DNA of 34,839 nt from Candidatus Nomurabacteria bacterium (GCA_943349555.1 CALQZK010000001.1:1-34839); one strand, 5' to 3'. Positions 1 to 9,987 are shown, numbered from the stretch's first letter. Notes: a model not told the origin generated them from the sequence alone. Program-made: numbers and translations.

Positions 1-102
1 TGGCAAAACCTCGGCTAGTGTTTGTCTTTGCTTTTGTCCGCGCGGAGGAGGGGTCTGGGGAGGAATCCGCGCGGGCTCTTGGATTTTTTGGCGGAGAGAA
101 CA
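1..102. repeat. IR-A left arm: 102-bp perfect inverted repeat, partner 3007..3108. It may continue beyond the window edge.
   Basis: Base-by-base reverse complement of 1..102 equals 3007..3108. The first mismatch is at 103/3006. The arm is GC-rich and contains the 8-bp palindrome CCGCGCGG twice (38..45, 67..74). Confidence 0.93.
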
Positions 103-124
103 ACTAGAAAAAAGAGCTGGAAAA

Positions 125-133
125 TGATAAAAT
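125..133 (+). promoter_or_regulatory. Extended -10 element (TGaTAAAAT) for the cassette operon, 9 nt before the first ATG
   Basis: tgataaaat lies at 125..133 and the ATG at 143. This spacing implies a leaderless or near-leaderless mRNA. Confidence 0.45.
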
Positions 134-142
134 ACACTAGAA

Positions 143-799
143 ATGACAATTAAATTAAAAGTCCCGTTAATCCAGCAACAAAAAGGTAGTTACCACTGCC
201 AGATTGCCACATGTCTAATGATAATGGAATTTTATGGAGATAAAATTCCATATGAAAAACTTGTAGAGAAAATGACTCCATATTTACTTGAAACTGGTAT
301 GAATCGAGAGGGTGTTTCAACTTTTTTAGTAAAAAGAGGGTACGAGGTTTTGAGTATGCACCGAGACCTCAATTTAATTGATAATTCTATTGAAAACGCC
401 ACCGAGAAAGATATAGAAAAACTAAAAACATTTTTACAACAATTATCTACAACCGAAGCTACCAAATATCAAAGAGAGAAACTTGCATTAGATATTGAGT
501 ACATAAAAGCAGGGGGGAAATTATGCTACTCGCTGGCAAATTTGGAAACTATTGATTCATATTTGGGTAAAAACATTCCTGTTGTGTTGGGTGTAAGAAA
601 TAATGCATTACACTTAAATCCGGGGAATAAAAATAATCATTCTGTTGTTGTAATTGGAAAAGAAAATAATAATTATATCCTTAATGATCCCTCGCCTAAA
701 ACTAAAGGAGAATACAAAGTAAATAAAGATATTCTTTTACAAGCTTGGTATTCTGCGAGTGCTTACATTCTTGTTGTAATGAAACGAAGTGAACAATAA
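143..799 (+). CDS. C39-like (papain-fold) cysteine peptidase domain protein
   Basis: N-terminal IQQQKGSYHCQIATCLMIMEFYG fits the Q-x5-C...G layout of Peptidase_C39-like domains. A later NHSVVVIG...ILNDP fits the His/Asp part of the triad. Confidence 0.55.
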   Translation: MTIKLKVPLIQQQKGSYHCQIATCLMIMEFYGDKIPYEKLVEKMTPYLLETGMNREGVSTFLVKRGYEVLSMHRDLNLIDNSIENATEKDIEKLKTFLQQLSTTEATKYQREKLALDIEYIKAGGKLCYSLANLETIDSYLGKNIPVVLGVRNNALHLNPGNKNNHSVVVIGKENNNYILNDPSPKTKGEYKVNKDILLQAWYSASAYILVVMKRSEQ

Positions 800-807
800 A
801 ATTTATT

Positions 808-1461
808 ATGGACTCAGAAACTCAAAGACAACAAATTAGTAATTCTCTTAAAATAACCACAGAAATTTTTGAAAGTTGTAATGCAGATTACCGAATTCTT
901 GGTTCTGTTTTGTTGGTTGCCTATACCAACAGGGTTTTTAGACGCATAAATGATGTTGATATTCTCCTAGATATAAAAGCAAAAGCCTGTGTCTTTGAAA
1001 AGCTGAAAAATAATGGTTTCCAGTTTGAACACAAAAAAGCATTTGGATTTTCTTGGGTTGAAGCAAAAAAAGATCAATACTTGGGACTAACCTTTTTTCT
1101 TGTCGGTGAATTCAAAAAAGATTATTTTACATGGCGCTTTATGAAATTTTTTGAACTAAGGACACGAGCTGAATATTTACACCCAACTGAATATAATTTT
1201 GAAAATGTAAAATTTATTGGCATTCCAATTTCGTCTGCCATTGCTGGTATTAGACAATCATTTCTTAATCCGAAAAGAAAAATGGATAAGCAAATTTTAG
1301 AAAATGAAGTCAATAAAACCAAAGTAAAAATTTACAATAATATTTCTGTTTATATTTTTGGTGTAAAGCTCCCATACCTATATGATTCATTTTCTTTTCT
1401 TTACAATATTTATGGCGGAATAAGAGTTATGTTTGGTAAAAAATATGAAGCTTGGGATTAA
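808..1461 (+). CDS. Nucleotidyltransferase-fold protein, Lnu / ANT(2'')-like
   Basis: ILGSVLLVAYTNRVFRRINDVDILLD matches the G[SG]-x(9-13)-D-x-D minimal NTase motif. The spacing resembles lincosamide / aminoglycoside-2'' nucleotidyltransferases. Confidence 0.5.
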   Translation: MDSETQRQQISNSLKITTEIFESCNADYRILGSVLLVAYTNRVFRRINDVDILLDIKAKACVFEKLKNNGFQFEHKKAFGFSWVEAKKDQYLGLTFFLVGEFKKDYFTWRFMKFFELRTRAEYLHPTEYNFENVKFIGIPISSAIAGIRQSFLNPKRKMDKQILENEVNKTKVKIYNNISVYIFGVKLPYLYDSFSFLYNIYGGIRVMFGKKYEAWD

Positions 1462-1465
1462 GTAT

Positions 1466-2158
1466 ATGAAACCAGATATTTCAATAATTATTCCTGCTTA
1501 CAACGAAGAGAAACTAATAGGTAACACCCTTAGATCTATTTTTGATTCTAATTTTTCCGGAGCGCTTGAGGTTATTGTGGTTTGTAATGGTTGCACAGAC
1601 AAAACTGCTGAAATAGCATTGGCGTCAGGTGCGAAAGTGTTGCAAGCTCCTTCTAAGGGTACTGCCAACGCATTAAACTATGGTGCAAAAAATTCTTTAG
1701 CGGAAATTCTGGCTTTTCTAGATGCTGATACTATTGTGTCAAAAAATTTACTAACTGAAGTAATGGAAGCTATACAAAAGGGGTTTGTTGGTGGTAGAAC
1801 TGTTGTGCGATGGGAAGGAAAATCACTCGCTACTAAAATTTTTTCTCTTGTGAGTTATATTCACGTTCATAAGTGGGGCGGTTTTTGTTTTCTTAAAAGA
1901 AGTATATTTGACGAAGTGGGAGGATATAAGAGTGGAGCAAAATATGGTTTTGATTTTGATTTGGCGCGACGGGCATCTAAAGGAAGAAAAGTCACCTTGC
2001 TTCATAAAAGTTATGTTCTTACTTCTGATAGAAGATTTGCCAAGGAGGGTTGGTGGAAACATATCTGGTTAGGAATAAAGCGAAACGTACTTGATGATAA
2101 AATTTTAAGAAAGGGTGTAAAAAATGAAAAGGATATTATTTATGAAGACCATCGTTAA
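1466..2158 (+). CDS. Family 2 glycosyltransferase
   Basis: MKPDISIIIPAYNEE...LDADT is a typical GT2 N-terminus with the DxD region. The track ORF starts at a TTG (1433) that overlaps the previous gene. The ATG at 1466 is in frame and avoids the overlap. Confidence 0.82.
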   Translation: MKPDISIIIPAYNEEKLIGNTLRSIFDSNFSGALEVIVVCNGCTDKTAEIALASGAKVLQAPSKGTANALNYGAKNSLAEILAFLDADTIVSKNLLTEVMEAIQKGFVGGRTVVRWEGKSLATKIFSLVSYIHVHKWGGFCFLKRSIFDEVGGYKSGAKYGFDFDLARRASKGRKVTLLHKSYVLTSDRRFAKEGWWKHIWLGIKRNVLDDKILRKGVKNEKDIIYEDHR

Positions 2159-2176
2159 ATATTCAATTATATAAAG

Positions 2177-2986
2177 ATGATTGAAATACAAAAAATTGGT
2201 GGCTATCTTGAAATAGACAAAGACGGCTTTATCATTAAAAAAGCTTCAGCCGATAAATTTCAAGAAAAGTGGAAGCCCGTTATAAAAGAAATCAAGAACG
2301 CTTACATAGAACATTTTGGCGACAAGCTTCATTCTGTTTATATAAGAGGTTCAGTTGCGAAAGGAGAAGCAATTGATGGAATAGCAGACCTTGATAGCAT
2401 AGCCGTAGTTAATCTTCCGAATGAACAAATAGATATAAAGTGGAAAGAAGAACTTAATAAGCAAATTATTGACAAATATCCATTTATTAAAAATGTAGAA
2501 ATTGTTGCTGGTACACTTGAGCATGCACTTAGCAAAAATAGAGGTGTGCATATAATATTAAAAACTCAAGCCGTGTGTATTTATGGAAATGATATATCAG
2601 ACAGCATTACGAAATTGAAACCAGGCAAAGAATCGGCTCTCCATTTTAGGAATCTTCAAGATGAATTACAAAAGACGATTGATTTTTTTGAAAATGGATG
2701 GGGTGATACTTTGGAAGAAAATCTGGACAAATGTTCATGGATAATGAAAAGGGTTTTAAGAACAGGTTTTGAACTTGTTATGGAACGAGAGCAAAAATAC
2801 ACACGAGATTTATATCCATGTTATGAAGGTTTTGTTAAATATTATCCAGAGAAAAAAGACGAGATATATAAAACACTTGAGCTTGCAGTAAATCCCACAG
2901 ACGATTCTAAAATAATTATTCCACTCCTGAAAGATTGGTTGATTTTTATGCCAAAGGAAATAGAAAAATTTTTCGGGTTTAAATAA
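2177..2986 (+). CDS. Nucleotidyltransferase domain protein, AadA / ANT(3'')-like architecture
   Basis: VYIRGSVAKGEAIDGIADLDSIAVV is a classic GS-x(10)-D-x-D NTase motif. A roughly 170-aa helical C-terminal region follows. Confidence 0.6.
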   Translation: MIEIQKIGGYLEIDKDGFIIKKASADKFQEKWKPVIKEIKNAYIEHFGDKLHSVYIRGSVAKGEAIDGIADLDSIAVVNLPNEQIDIKWKEELNKQIIDKYPFIKNVEIVAGTLEHALSKNRGVHIILKTQAVCIYGNDISDSITKLKPGKESALHFRNLQDELQKTIDFFENGWGDTLEENLDKCSWIMKRVLRTGFELVMEREQKYTRDLYPCYEGFVKYYPEKKDEIYKTLELAVNPTDDSKIIIPLLKDWLIFMPKEIEKFFGFK

Positions 2987-3006
2987 AAATCTATTTTAAA
3001 ATCGTC

Positions 3007-3108
3007 TGTTCTCTCCGCCAAAAAATCCAAGAGCCCGCGCGGATTCCTCCCCAGACCCCTCCTCCGCGCGGACAAAAGCAAAGACAAACACTAGCCGAGG
3101 TTTTGCCA
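3007..3108. repeat. IR-A right arm (reverse complement of 1..102)
   Basis: Exact 102-bp match. It begins 20 nt after the stop codon of the last cassette gene. Confidence 0.93.
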
Positions 3109-3155
3109 AATCCTTTGCCCCAGAAAATAGCTTTGGCAAAACCGAGTCCGCCTTT

Positions 3156-3307
3156 CGCCCCGCCACACTGCTCAAATACTTGGAGAGCAGAACCCCGAAA
3201 GAAAAATGCCTTTTCTATTTTAGAAGAAATCCACCCTCGCGAAAATCAAAAAGCAAGAGGCATTTTTCTTTCGGGGTTGCTGAGTGCAGCGAGGCGGTGG
3301 CGGGGCG
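3156..3307. repeat. Long imperfect foldback (about 150 nt) between the two inverted repeat modules
   Basis: Outer stem CGCCCCGCCAC (3156..3166) pairs with GTGGCGGGGCG (3297..3307). The inner perfect 20-bp stem is 3191..3210 with 3259..3278, leaving a 48-nt loop. Confidence 0.8.
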
Positions 3308-3373
3308 TTCTCCGAGCGTACGATTTTAGTCGGGGTTCTGTTGGAAATGAGTCCGAACTTTTTGGTATAATGA

Positions 3374-3506
3374 CCACAATTCTGAATTTGAAGAAAGACT
3401 GACCTCGCCCGCGCCTCTGGCGCGGGCTCGGACTGATGTTTCCGCCAAGTCCCGCCAAGGCATTTTGAAATCCGCCAAGAGCATTCCCTCCGCTACGCGG
3501 CGGTTC
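3374..3506. repeat. IR-B left arm: 133-bp perfect inverted repeat, partner 4987..5119
   Basis: Reverse complement of 4987..5119 equals 3374..3506, with mismatches on both flanks. It contains a 9-bp GC hairpin (GCCCGCGCC/GGCGCGGGC) and three CCGCCAAG motifs. Confidence 0.93.
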
Positions 3507-3549
3507 CTCAAATTTCATTTGAGACGCGTGCAAAGCATGCGTGAGCCGA

Positions 3550-3557
3550 TGTATAAT
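3550..3557 (+). promoter_or_regulatory. Extended -10 (TGTATAAT) upstream of the recombinase gene, inside the IR-B-bounded segment
   Basis: tgtataat lies at 3550..3557, 50 nt before the ATG at 3608. Confidence 0.4.
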
Positions 3558-3607
3558 GAGATTGTGAATTGTTGGTGTAAGCGTGCTTCTTTTTTAAACG
3601 CAATTCT

Positions 3608-5143
3608 ATGATCAAGTATTTTATTTACTGTCGAAAATCTAGTGAGGACGAAGAACGTCAAGTTTTGAGTATTCCGGCGCAACTACAAGAATTGCGCGAT
3701 TTCGCCAAGCAAAATTCTCTTTTCGTGGTCAAAGAATATGATGAAAGTAAAACCGCCAAGGAACCAGGGCGAGAGGTTTTTAACGAAATGCTTGGCGAAA
3801 TTGAAAAAGGAAACGCGCAGGGAATTTTAGCTTGGAACCCGGATAGATTAGCTAGGAATAGCATTGATGGTGGCAAGATCATCTATTTTGTGGACACACT
3901 AAAAATTGTTGCGCTAAAATTCCCGACATTTTGGTTTGAAGCGACACCCCAAGGAAAATTTATTTTGAGTGTCGCTTTTGGTCAAGCAAAATATTACACC
4001 GACAATTTAAGAGAAAATATTTTGCGCGGTATTCGCCAAAAGATCCGCCGTGGTGAATTATCAGCAAAAGCCCCTTTAGGATATTTCAACGAACCTCGTT
4101 TGCGAACGATTGAACCTGACAAGAAAACTTTCAACAAGGTGAAAGAATGTTTAGGGGCTTTTGCTACGGGACAATTTACACTCACGGCTATTCAGCGCAA
4201 AATGTTTTCTCTCGGCTTGGTTGGCGCGAGAAGTGGGAAACCGCTTGTCCTCGCCTCGGTAGAGCATATTTTGAAAAATCCTTTTTACTACGGTCATTTC
4301 CAGTACCGAGGCGAGATACATCAAGGTTCGCATAAACCAATGATTTCAAAGAAACTTTTTGACAAAATCCAAGAAGCACTTGTCGCGAACGGAAAGCCCC
4401 GCAAAAAGCGAGAAGAGAAAGGTTTGTTATACAAAGGATTTGCGGTGTGCGGTGAGTGCGGCTACGCGATAACTGCCGAGAAGAAGATAAAGAAAAGTGG
4501 GTTGGTGTATCACTACTACCACTGTACTTTCAAAAGCCGCACTCAAAAATGTTCGCAAACTCGCTTTTTGCGGGAAGAAGAATTGACGCGACAAGTGCAA
4601 GACATGGTTCAAAAAGTTTCTTTGTCTGATGAGTGGCGAGACGCATATCTCAAAAAATTGGAAAGCGAAAACGCCGATGTCCGCTACTCATCAAAACTTT
4701 TCGTTCAAAATCTCAAAAACGATATTTCCGCCATTTCAGCGCGCCTCTCTCGCCTCACAGACGCGTATCTAAACGAAGCACTGGAGCTTGTGGAGTATCA
4801 AGAGCGCAAGAACGCGCTGATGGCGGAAAAGAAGACGCTGGAAGAGAAATTGAGCAATTTTGAACGCAAAGGCAATCATTGGCTCGAACTCATGCGAAAC
4901 TGGATTTTAGGGGCCAACCAAGCGGGAAATCTCATTAAACAAGAAAATCTTCCGGGAATGAAAGATTTTCTTGTAGACATCGGCTCGAACCGCCGCGTAG
5001 CGGAGGGAATGCTCTTGGCGGATTTCAAAATGCCTTGGCGGGACTTGGCGGAAACATCAGTCCGAGCCCGCGCCAGAGGCGCGGGCGAGGTCAGTCTTTC
5101 TTCAAATTCAGAATTGTGGAGGGTAAGAGATTCGAACTCTTGA
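3608..5143 (+). CDS. Large serine recombinase (resolvase domain + recombinase domain + zinc ribbon + coiled coil)
   Basis: YCRKSSEDEERQ is the catalytic Ser region. Also present are NPDRLARN, the Cys cluster CGECGY...YYHCTF...C, and a long coiled-coil-like stretch. The last roughly 52 codons lie in IR-B and in tRNA-Ser, so the true C-terminus is uncertain. Confidence 0.9.
   Translation: MIKYFIYCRKSSEDEERQVLSIPAQLQELRDFAKQNSLFVVKEYDESKTAKEPGREVFNEMLGEIEKGNAQGILAWNPDRLARNSIDGGKIIYFVDTLKIVALKFPTFWFEATPQGKFILSVAFGQAKYYTDNLRENILRGIRQKIRRGELSAKAPLGYFNEPRLRTIEPDKKTFNKVKECLGAFATGQFTLTAIQRKMFSLGLVGARSGKPLVLASVEHILKNPFYYGHFQYRGEIHQGSHKPMISKKLFDKIQEALVANGKPRKKREEKGLLYKGFAVCGECGYAITAEKKIKKSGLVYHYYHCTFKSRTQKCSQTRFLREEELTRQVQDMVQKVSLSDEWRDAYLKKLESENADVRYSSKLFVQNLKNDISAISARLSRLTDAYLNEALELVEYQERKNALMAEKKTLEEKLSNFERKGNHWLELMRNWILGANQAGNLIKQENLPGMKDFLVDIGSNRRVAEGMLLADFKMPWRDLAETSVRARARGAGEVSLSSNSELWRVRDSNS
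4987..5119. repeat. IR-B right arm (reverse complement of 3374..3506)
   Basis: Exact 133-bp match. It carries three CTTGGCGG motifs at 5014, 5034 and 5044. Its outer end overlaps the last 3 nt of tRNA-Ser. Confidence 0.93.
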
Positions 5144-5203
5144 TGCCCTTTCGAGCATACGACGTTTCCAACGTCGCGCAATAGACCGCTATGCGAACCC
5201 TCC
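5117..5203 (-). tRNA. tRNA-Ser(GGA), type II with a long variable arm
   Basis: Hand-folded from the minus strand. The acceptor is GGAGGGT/ACCCTCC, the anticodon stem CGACG/CGTCG with loop TTGGAAA, the variable arm ATGCTC-GAAA-GGGCAT, and the T arm AAGAG-TTCGAAT-CTCTT. Length is 87 nt and no CCA is encoded. Confidence 0.85.
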
Positions 5204-5216
5204 AATCTACTCACCT

Positions 5217-5717
5217 TTATTTCTCCTTCAAAACTTTTTCCACCATCTCTATCTCCTCCTCTATCCCCGGAATCATATCAAGCTTTTTAACTTCGGCAAG
5301 TGTCGCCCATTTATATTCCACCGTATCTTCATCGAGCTTCACTTTCCCAGACATATACGGAGCGTAGTAGCTCAAGACAAGGACAGGTATGCCATCAGGT
5401 CGTATAAAAGTGAGATCGAGCAAATATGAAATTTTTCCTATCTTCACATTCACCTCTTCTTTTATTTCCCTCTTCAAAGCTTTCTCCAATGACCCATACC
5501 ACTGCGTGTCTTTATGAGTCGTGCGTGTATGGACATAATCATCCGTGGTCAAGCCTCCGCCAGGGACATGCCATCTGTTCGGCTGGACTTTTTTAAAGGG
5601 GCTTCTTTTGGTTATCAAATACTTTTCATCTTTATTGTAAATAATACAAGTGATAGCAATCCGATGAAGCTCTTTGTCCTTTATCTTATCTATCGCAGAT
5701 TTATTTGACTGATTCAT
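5217..5717 (-). CDS. NUDIX hydrolase
   Basis: GGG...LEKALKREIKEEVNV is Nudix-box-like (REUxEExGU with Gly replaced by Asn). Confidence 0.7.
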   Translation of the reverse strand: MNQSNKSAIDKIKDKELHRIAITCIIYNKDEKYLITKRSPFKKVQPNRWHVPGGGLTTDDYVHTRTTHKDTQWYGSLEKALKREIKEEVNVKIGKISYLLDLTFIRPDGIPVLVLSYYAPYMSGKVKLDEDTVEYKWATLAEVKKLDMIPGIEEEIEMVEKVLKEK

Positions 5718-5729
5718 AGTAGTAATATT

Positions 5730-6614
5730 TTACCACCCCCCACTTGAACCTCCCCCTCCAGAACTCCCTCCACCAAAGCCTCCGAAACCACCACCCCCGC
5801 CATGACCCCCGAATCCTCCTCCACCTATCCACCAAGGCGGACGCGTTCCTTTTTGTACACTTGAGTTATACATCTTAGAAATAAGGAAATCAAATAGAAG
5901 TCCAAAAATTACCAGGAATAAGACGGATACAGAAGCAATCACAATAGATGCAGCAATCACTCCAATCACTATACCTCCGATTCCTCCCAGTACCCCTCCA
6001 AGCCACCAAGATTTTGTTCTTCCGAGAATAGCTCCGAAATAAATGAAAGCGAAGATAGCAGCATACAACCAGCCTAGAAAATCATACTCATTATCTGGAT
6101 TTTCTTGTGGTACCGCATCTACCTGACCATTCAAAACCTTTATCATAATATCAACCGCCCTACTGATTCCCCCCGAATAATCCCCCTCTTTAAACGCCGG
6201 AGTCAGAACATTTCTAATAACAGAAGACGCCTGCGCATCTGTAATGTATCCTTCCAGACCATAGCCCACTTCTATCCTCATTTTCCTCTCTTCCAGAGCG
6301 ACGAGCAGGAGCAGTCCATTATCTTTCCCCTTCTCACCAATTCCCCATTCTTCGAAAAGTTTAACAGCGTAGGTCTCTACTGTTTCATCTCCAAGAGTAG
6401 GAACGGTGACTATAGAAATTTCATTTCCAGTCTGTTTTTGGAAATTAGATAGGATAGTTTCTAATTTATTCTTTTCTTCAGCGGAAATAATGGAAGCGAA
6501 ATCATTCACAAAGCCTGTTGCCTTGCCTGGACTGGTGTATGCCAGAGAAAAAGACGCCAAGAAAAAAGGAATTGCAGCTAAGATAAAAATCGCTACAATC
6601 CCTCTTTTTTTCAT
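5730..6614 (-). CDS. TPM-domain (YgcG-like) membrane protein with a Gly-rich C-terminal tail
   Basis: Signal/TM segment, then a TPM-like FVNDFA...EISIVTV...LLLVALEERKMRIEVGYGLE region, then TM helices and a poly-Gly tail. It is adjacent to LemA. Confidence 0.82.
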   Translation of the reverse strand: MKKRGIVAIFILAAIPFFLASFSLAYTSPGKATGFVNDFASIISAEEKNKLETILSNFQKQTGNEISIVTVPTLGDETVETYAVKLFEEWGIGEKGKDNGLLLLVALEERKMRIEVGYGLEGYITDAQASSVIRNVLTPAFKEGDYSGGISRAVDIMIKVLNGQVDAVPQENPDNEYDFLGWLYAAIFAFIYFGAILGRTKSWWLGGVLGGIGGIVIGVIAASIVIASVSVLFLVIFGLLFDFLISKMYNSSVQKGTRPPWWIGGGGFGGHGGGGGFGGFGGGSSGGGGSSGGW

Positions 6615-6632
6615 AAATTTAATTGGAATGGA

Positions 6633-7187
6633 TTAGAATTTTACCTCTGGAGCATTTTCCGAACCTGCGGCAGAATTGAAATATTCTCTCTCATCGAATC
6701 CGGTAATAGCCGCTACGATAGAGCTTGGAATCCTCATTACCCTAAGATTGTAAGCCTGCACAGCGGTGTTGTAGCGCATTCTCTCGACGCTTATGCGGTT
6801 CTCTGTTCCTTCGATCTGCGACATGAGGGTCTGGACTGTATCGGAAGACTTGAGCTGTGGATAATTTTCTGTGATCACAAGAAGCCGTCCAAGAGCACTC
6901 TCGACTTGTCCCGCGGCAGCAGCCTTGTCATTTGGAGTTGCTGCTCCTGCATACTTTGTCCTAGCATCAGCGATAGCCATGAAGACTGCTTGCTCCTGCT
7001 TCATGATTCCTGCTACTGATTCTACGAGGTTGGGAATTAGGTCAAAGCGTCGCTGGTAGTTTGTTTCCACCTGCTTCCATTGTGTATCCGCAGAAACATT
7101 CAGAGTCACTAGTTTATTGTATGTAGAAAATCCATACAATATTGCTAGAGCAACTACAACTATAATTCCAATAATAATTTTTTTCAT
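6633..7187 (-). CDS. lemA: LemA family protein
   Basis: N-terminal TM followed by YNKLV...QWKQVETNYQRRFDLIPNLVE..., a typical LemA sequence. Confidence 0.88.
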   Translation of the reverse strand: MKKIIIGIIVVVALAILYGFSTYNKLVTLNVSADTQWKQVETNYQRRFDLIPNLVESVAGIMKQEQAVFMAIADARTKYAGAATPNDKAAAAGQVESALGRLLVITENYPQLKSSDTVQTLMSQIEGTENRISVERMRYNTAVQAYNLRVMRIPSSIVAAITGFDEREYFNSAAGSENAPEVKF

Positions 7188-7214
7188 ATGCTATTTATTT
7201 TCTATATTCTACTA

Positions 7215-7883
7215 TTACTTCTTTATAGGCACAACACTAGCTTCATCCTGTCCCTTTGGACCAACGACGTAAGCGAAGGACTTTACCATTTCTATAAATT
7301 GTGAGTCTACTGACTCTACAATTGCCTTGTTGTTATTGGTCATAACAGTAGCTTCGGAACCCTTTACATTTTTGTTTGCTGGGCTTGCGGTAATAGAAGA
7401 GAAGCTGAAGATATAGCAGATACCTTCTCTCTGGAGAGAATACATTCGATCAAAGTAATTAGTTCCCTGGACGGAGTTCGACATGGAGATCATGCTGAAA
7501 GAAAGATCTCCGCTCTTAAGCGTGCTTCGCTCCTTTATAGTAGTAACTGGAGGAAACGCGCACTTTCCGGAAATGATGGAAATTTTTGATTCCAACTTCT
7601 TAAGGCTGTTTGCTGACTTTCCTGAAGGGATGACAAATGATACCGTCGCATCAGAAGCTCCAATATCCCAAGTAGAAGGATACTTTATGCTGAAACCAAG
7701 CTCCTCATTCTTATATGAAGAAAGTTTGTCGGAAACTTTCGTAGTCTCGCTTATAGGCGCGGAAACTGTAGGATCTGTGTTGGTATTATTCTTATCGGTA
7801 TCAACTTTCTTATCTCCACCGAATGACCAGACGATTAGCCCGAGCACTATTAGAATGATTACAATTACAATTGGTTTTTTCAT
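7215..7883 (-). CDS. Hypothetical membrane-anchored / secreted protein
   Basis: N-terminal hydrophobic helix and no recognisable motif. It lies in the same strand block as LemA and the TPM protein. Confidence 0.5.
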   Translation of the reverse strand: MKKPIVIVIILIVLGLIVWSFGGDKKVDTDKNNTNTDPTVSAPISETTKVSDKLSSYKNEELGFSIKYPSTWDIGASDATVSFVIPSGKSANSLKKLESKISIISGKCAFPPVTTIKERSTLKSGDLSFSMISMSNSVQGTNYFDRMYSLQREGICYIFSFSSITASPANKNVKGSEATVMTNNNKAIVESVDSQFIEMVKSFAYVVGPKGQDEASVVPIKK

Positions 7884-7961
7884 ATAATTTTTATTTTTTA
7901 ATATTTAACTCAATACTTATATGCCTTTATGGCAAGATTGGATTAGTATATCACAGTTGGA

Positions 7962-9978
<2,017 letters not shown>

Positions 9979-9987
9979 AGTATTGTC

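Noticed and set aside
3103-3533. Track ORFs 3103..3402 (+), 3246..3533 (-) and 3326..3511 (-) in the spacer between the repeat modules
   Set aside because: They run through the GC-rich foldback and the IR-B arm. GC-rich sequence suppresses stop codons, and 3326..3511 only mirrors the recombinase C-terminus because of the inverted repeat. None has an independent start context or a recognisable domain.
3374-5203. Classic integrase signature: a direct repeat of the tRNA-Ser 3' end marking attL/attR of an island
   Set aside because: I looked for a second copy of the tRNA-Ser 3' portion near 3300..3400 and elsewhere in 1..3600. Only the trinucleotide CCA plus the inverted (not direct) repeat is shared, so a simple tRNA-duplication att pair is not visible in this window. 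The far end could lie beyond the left edge.
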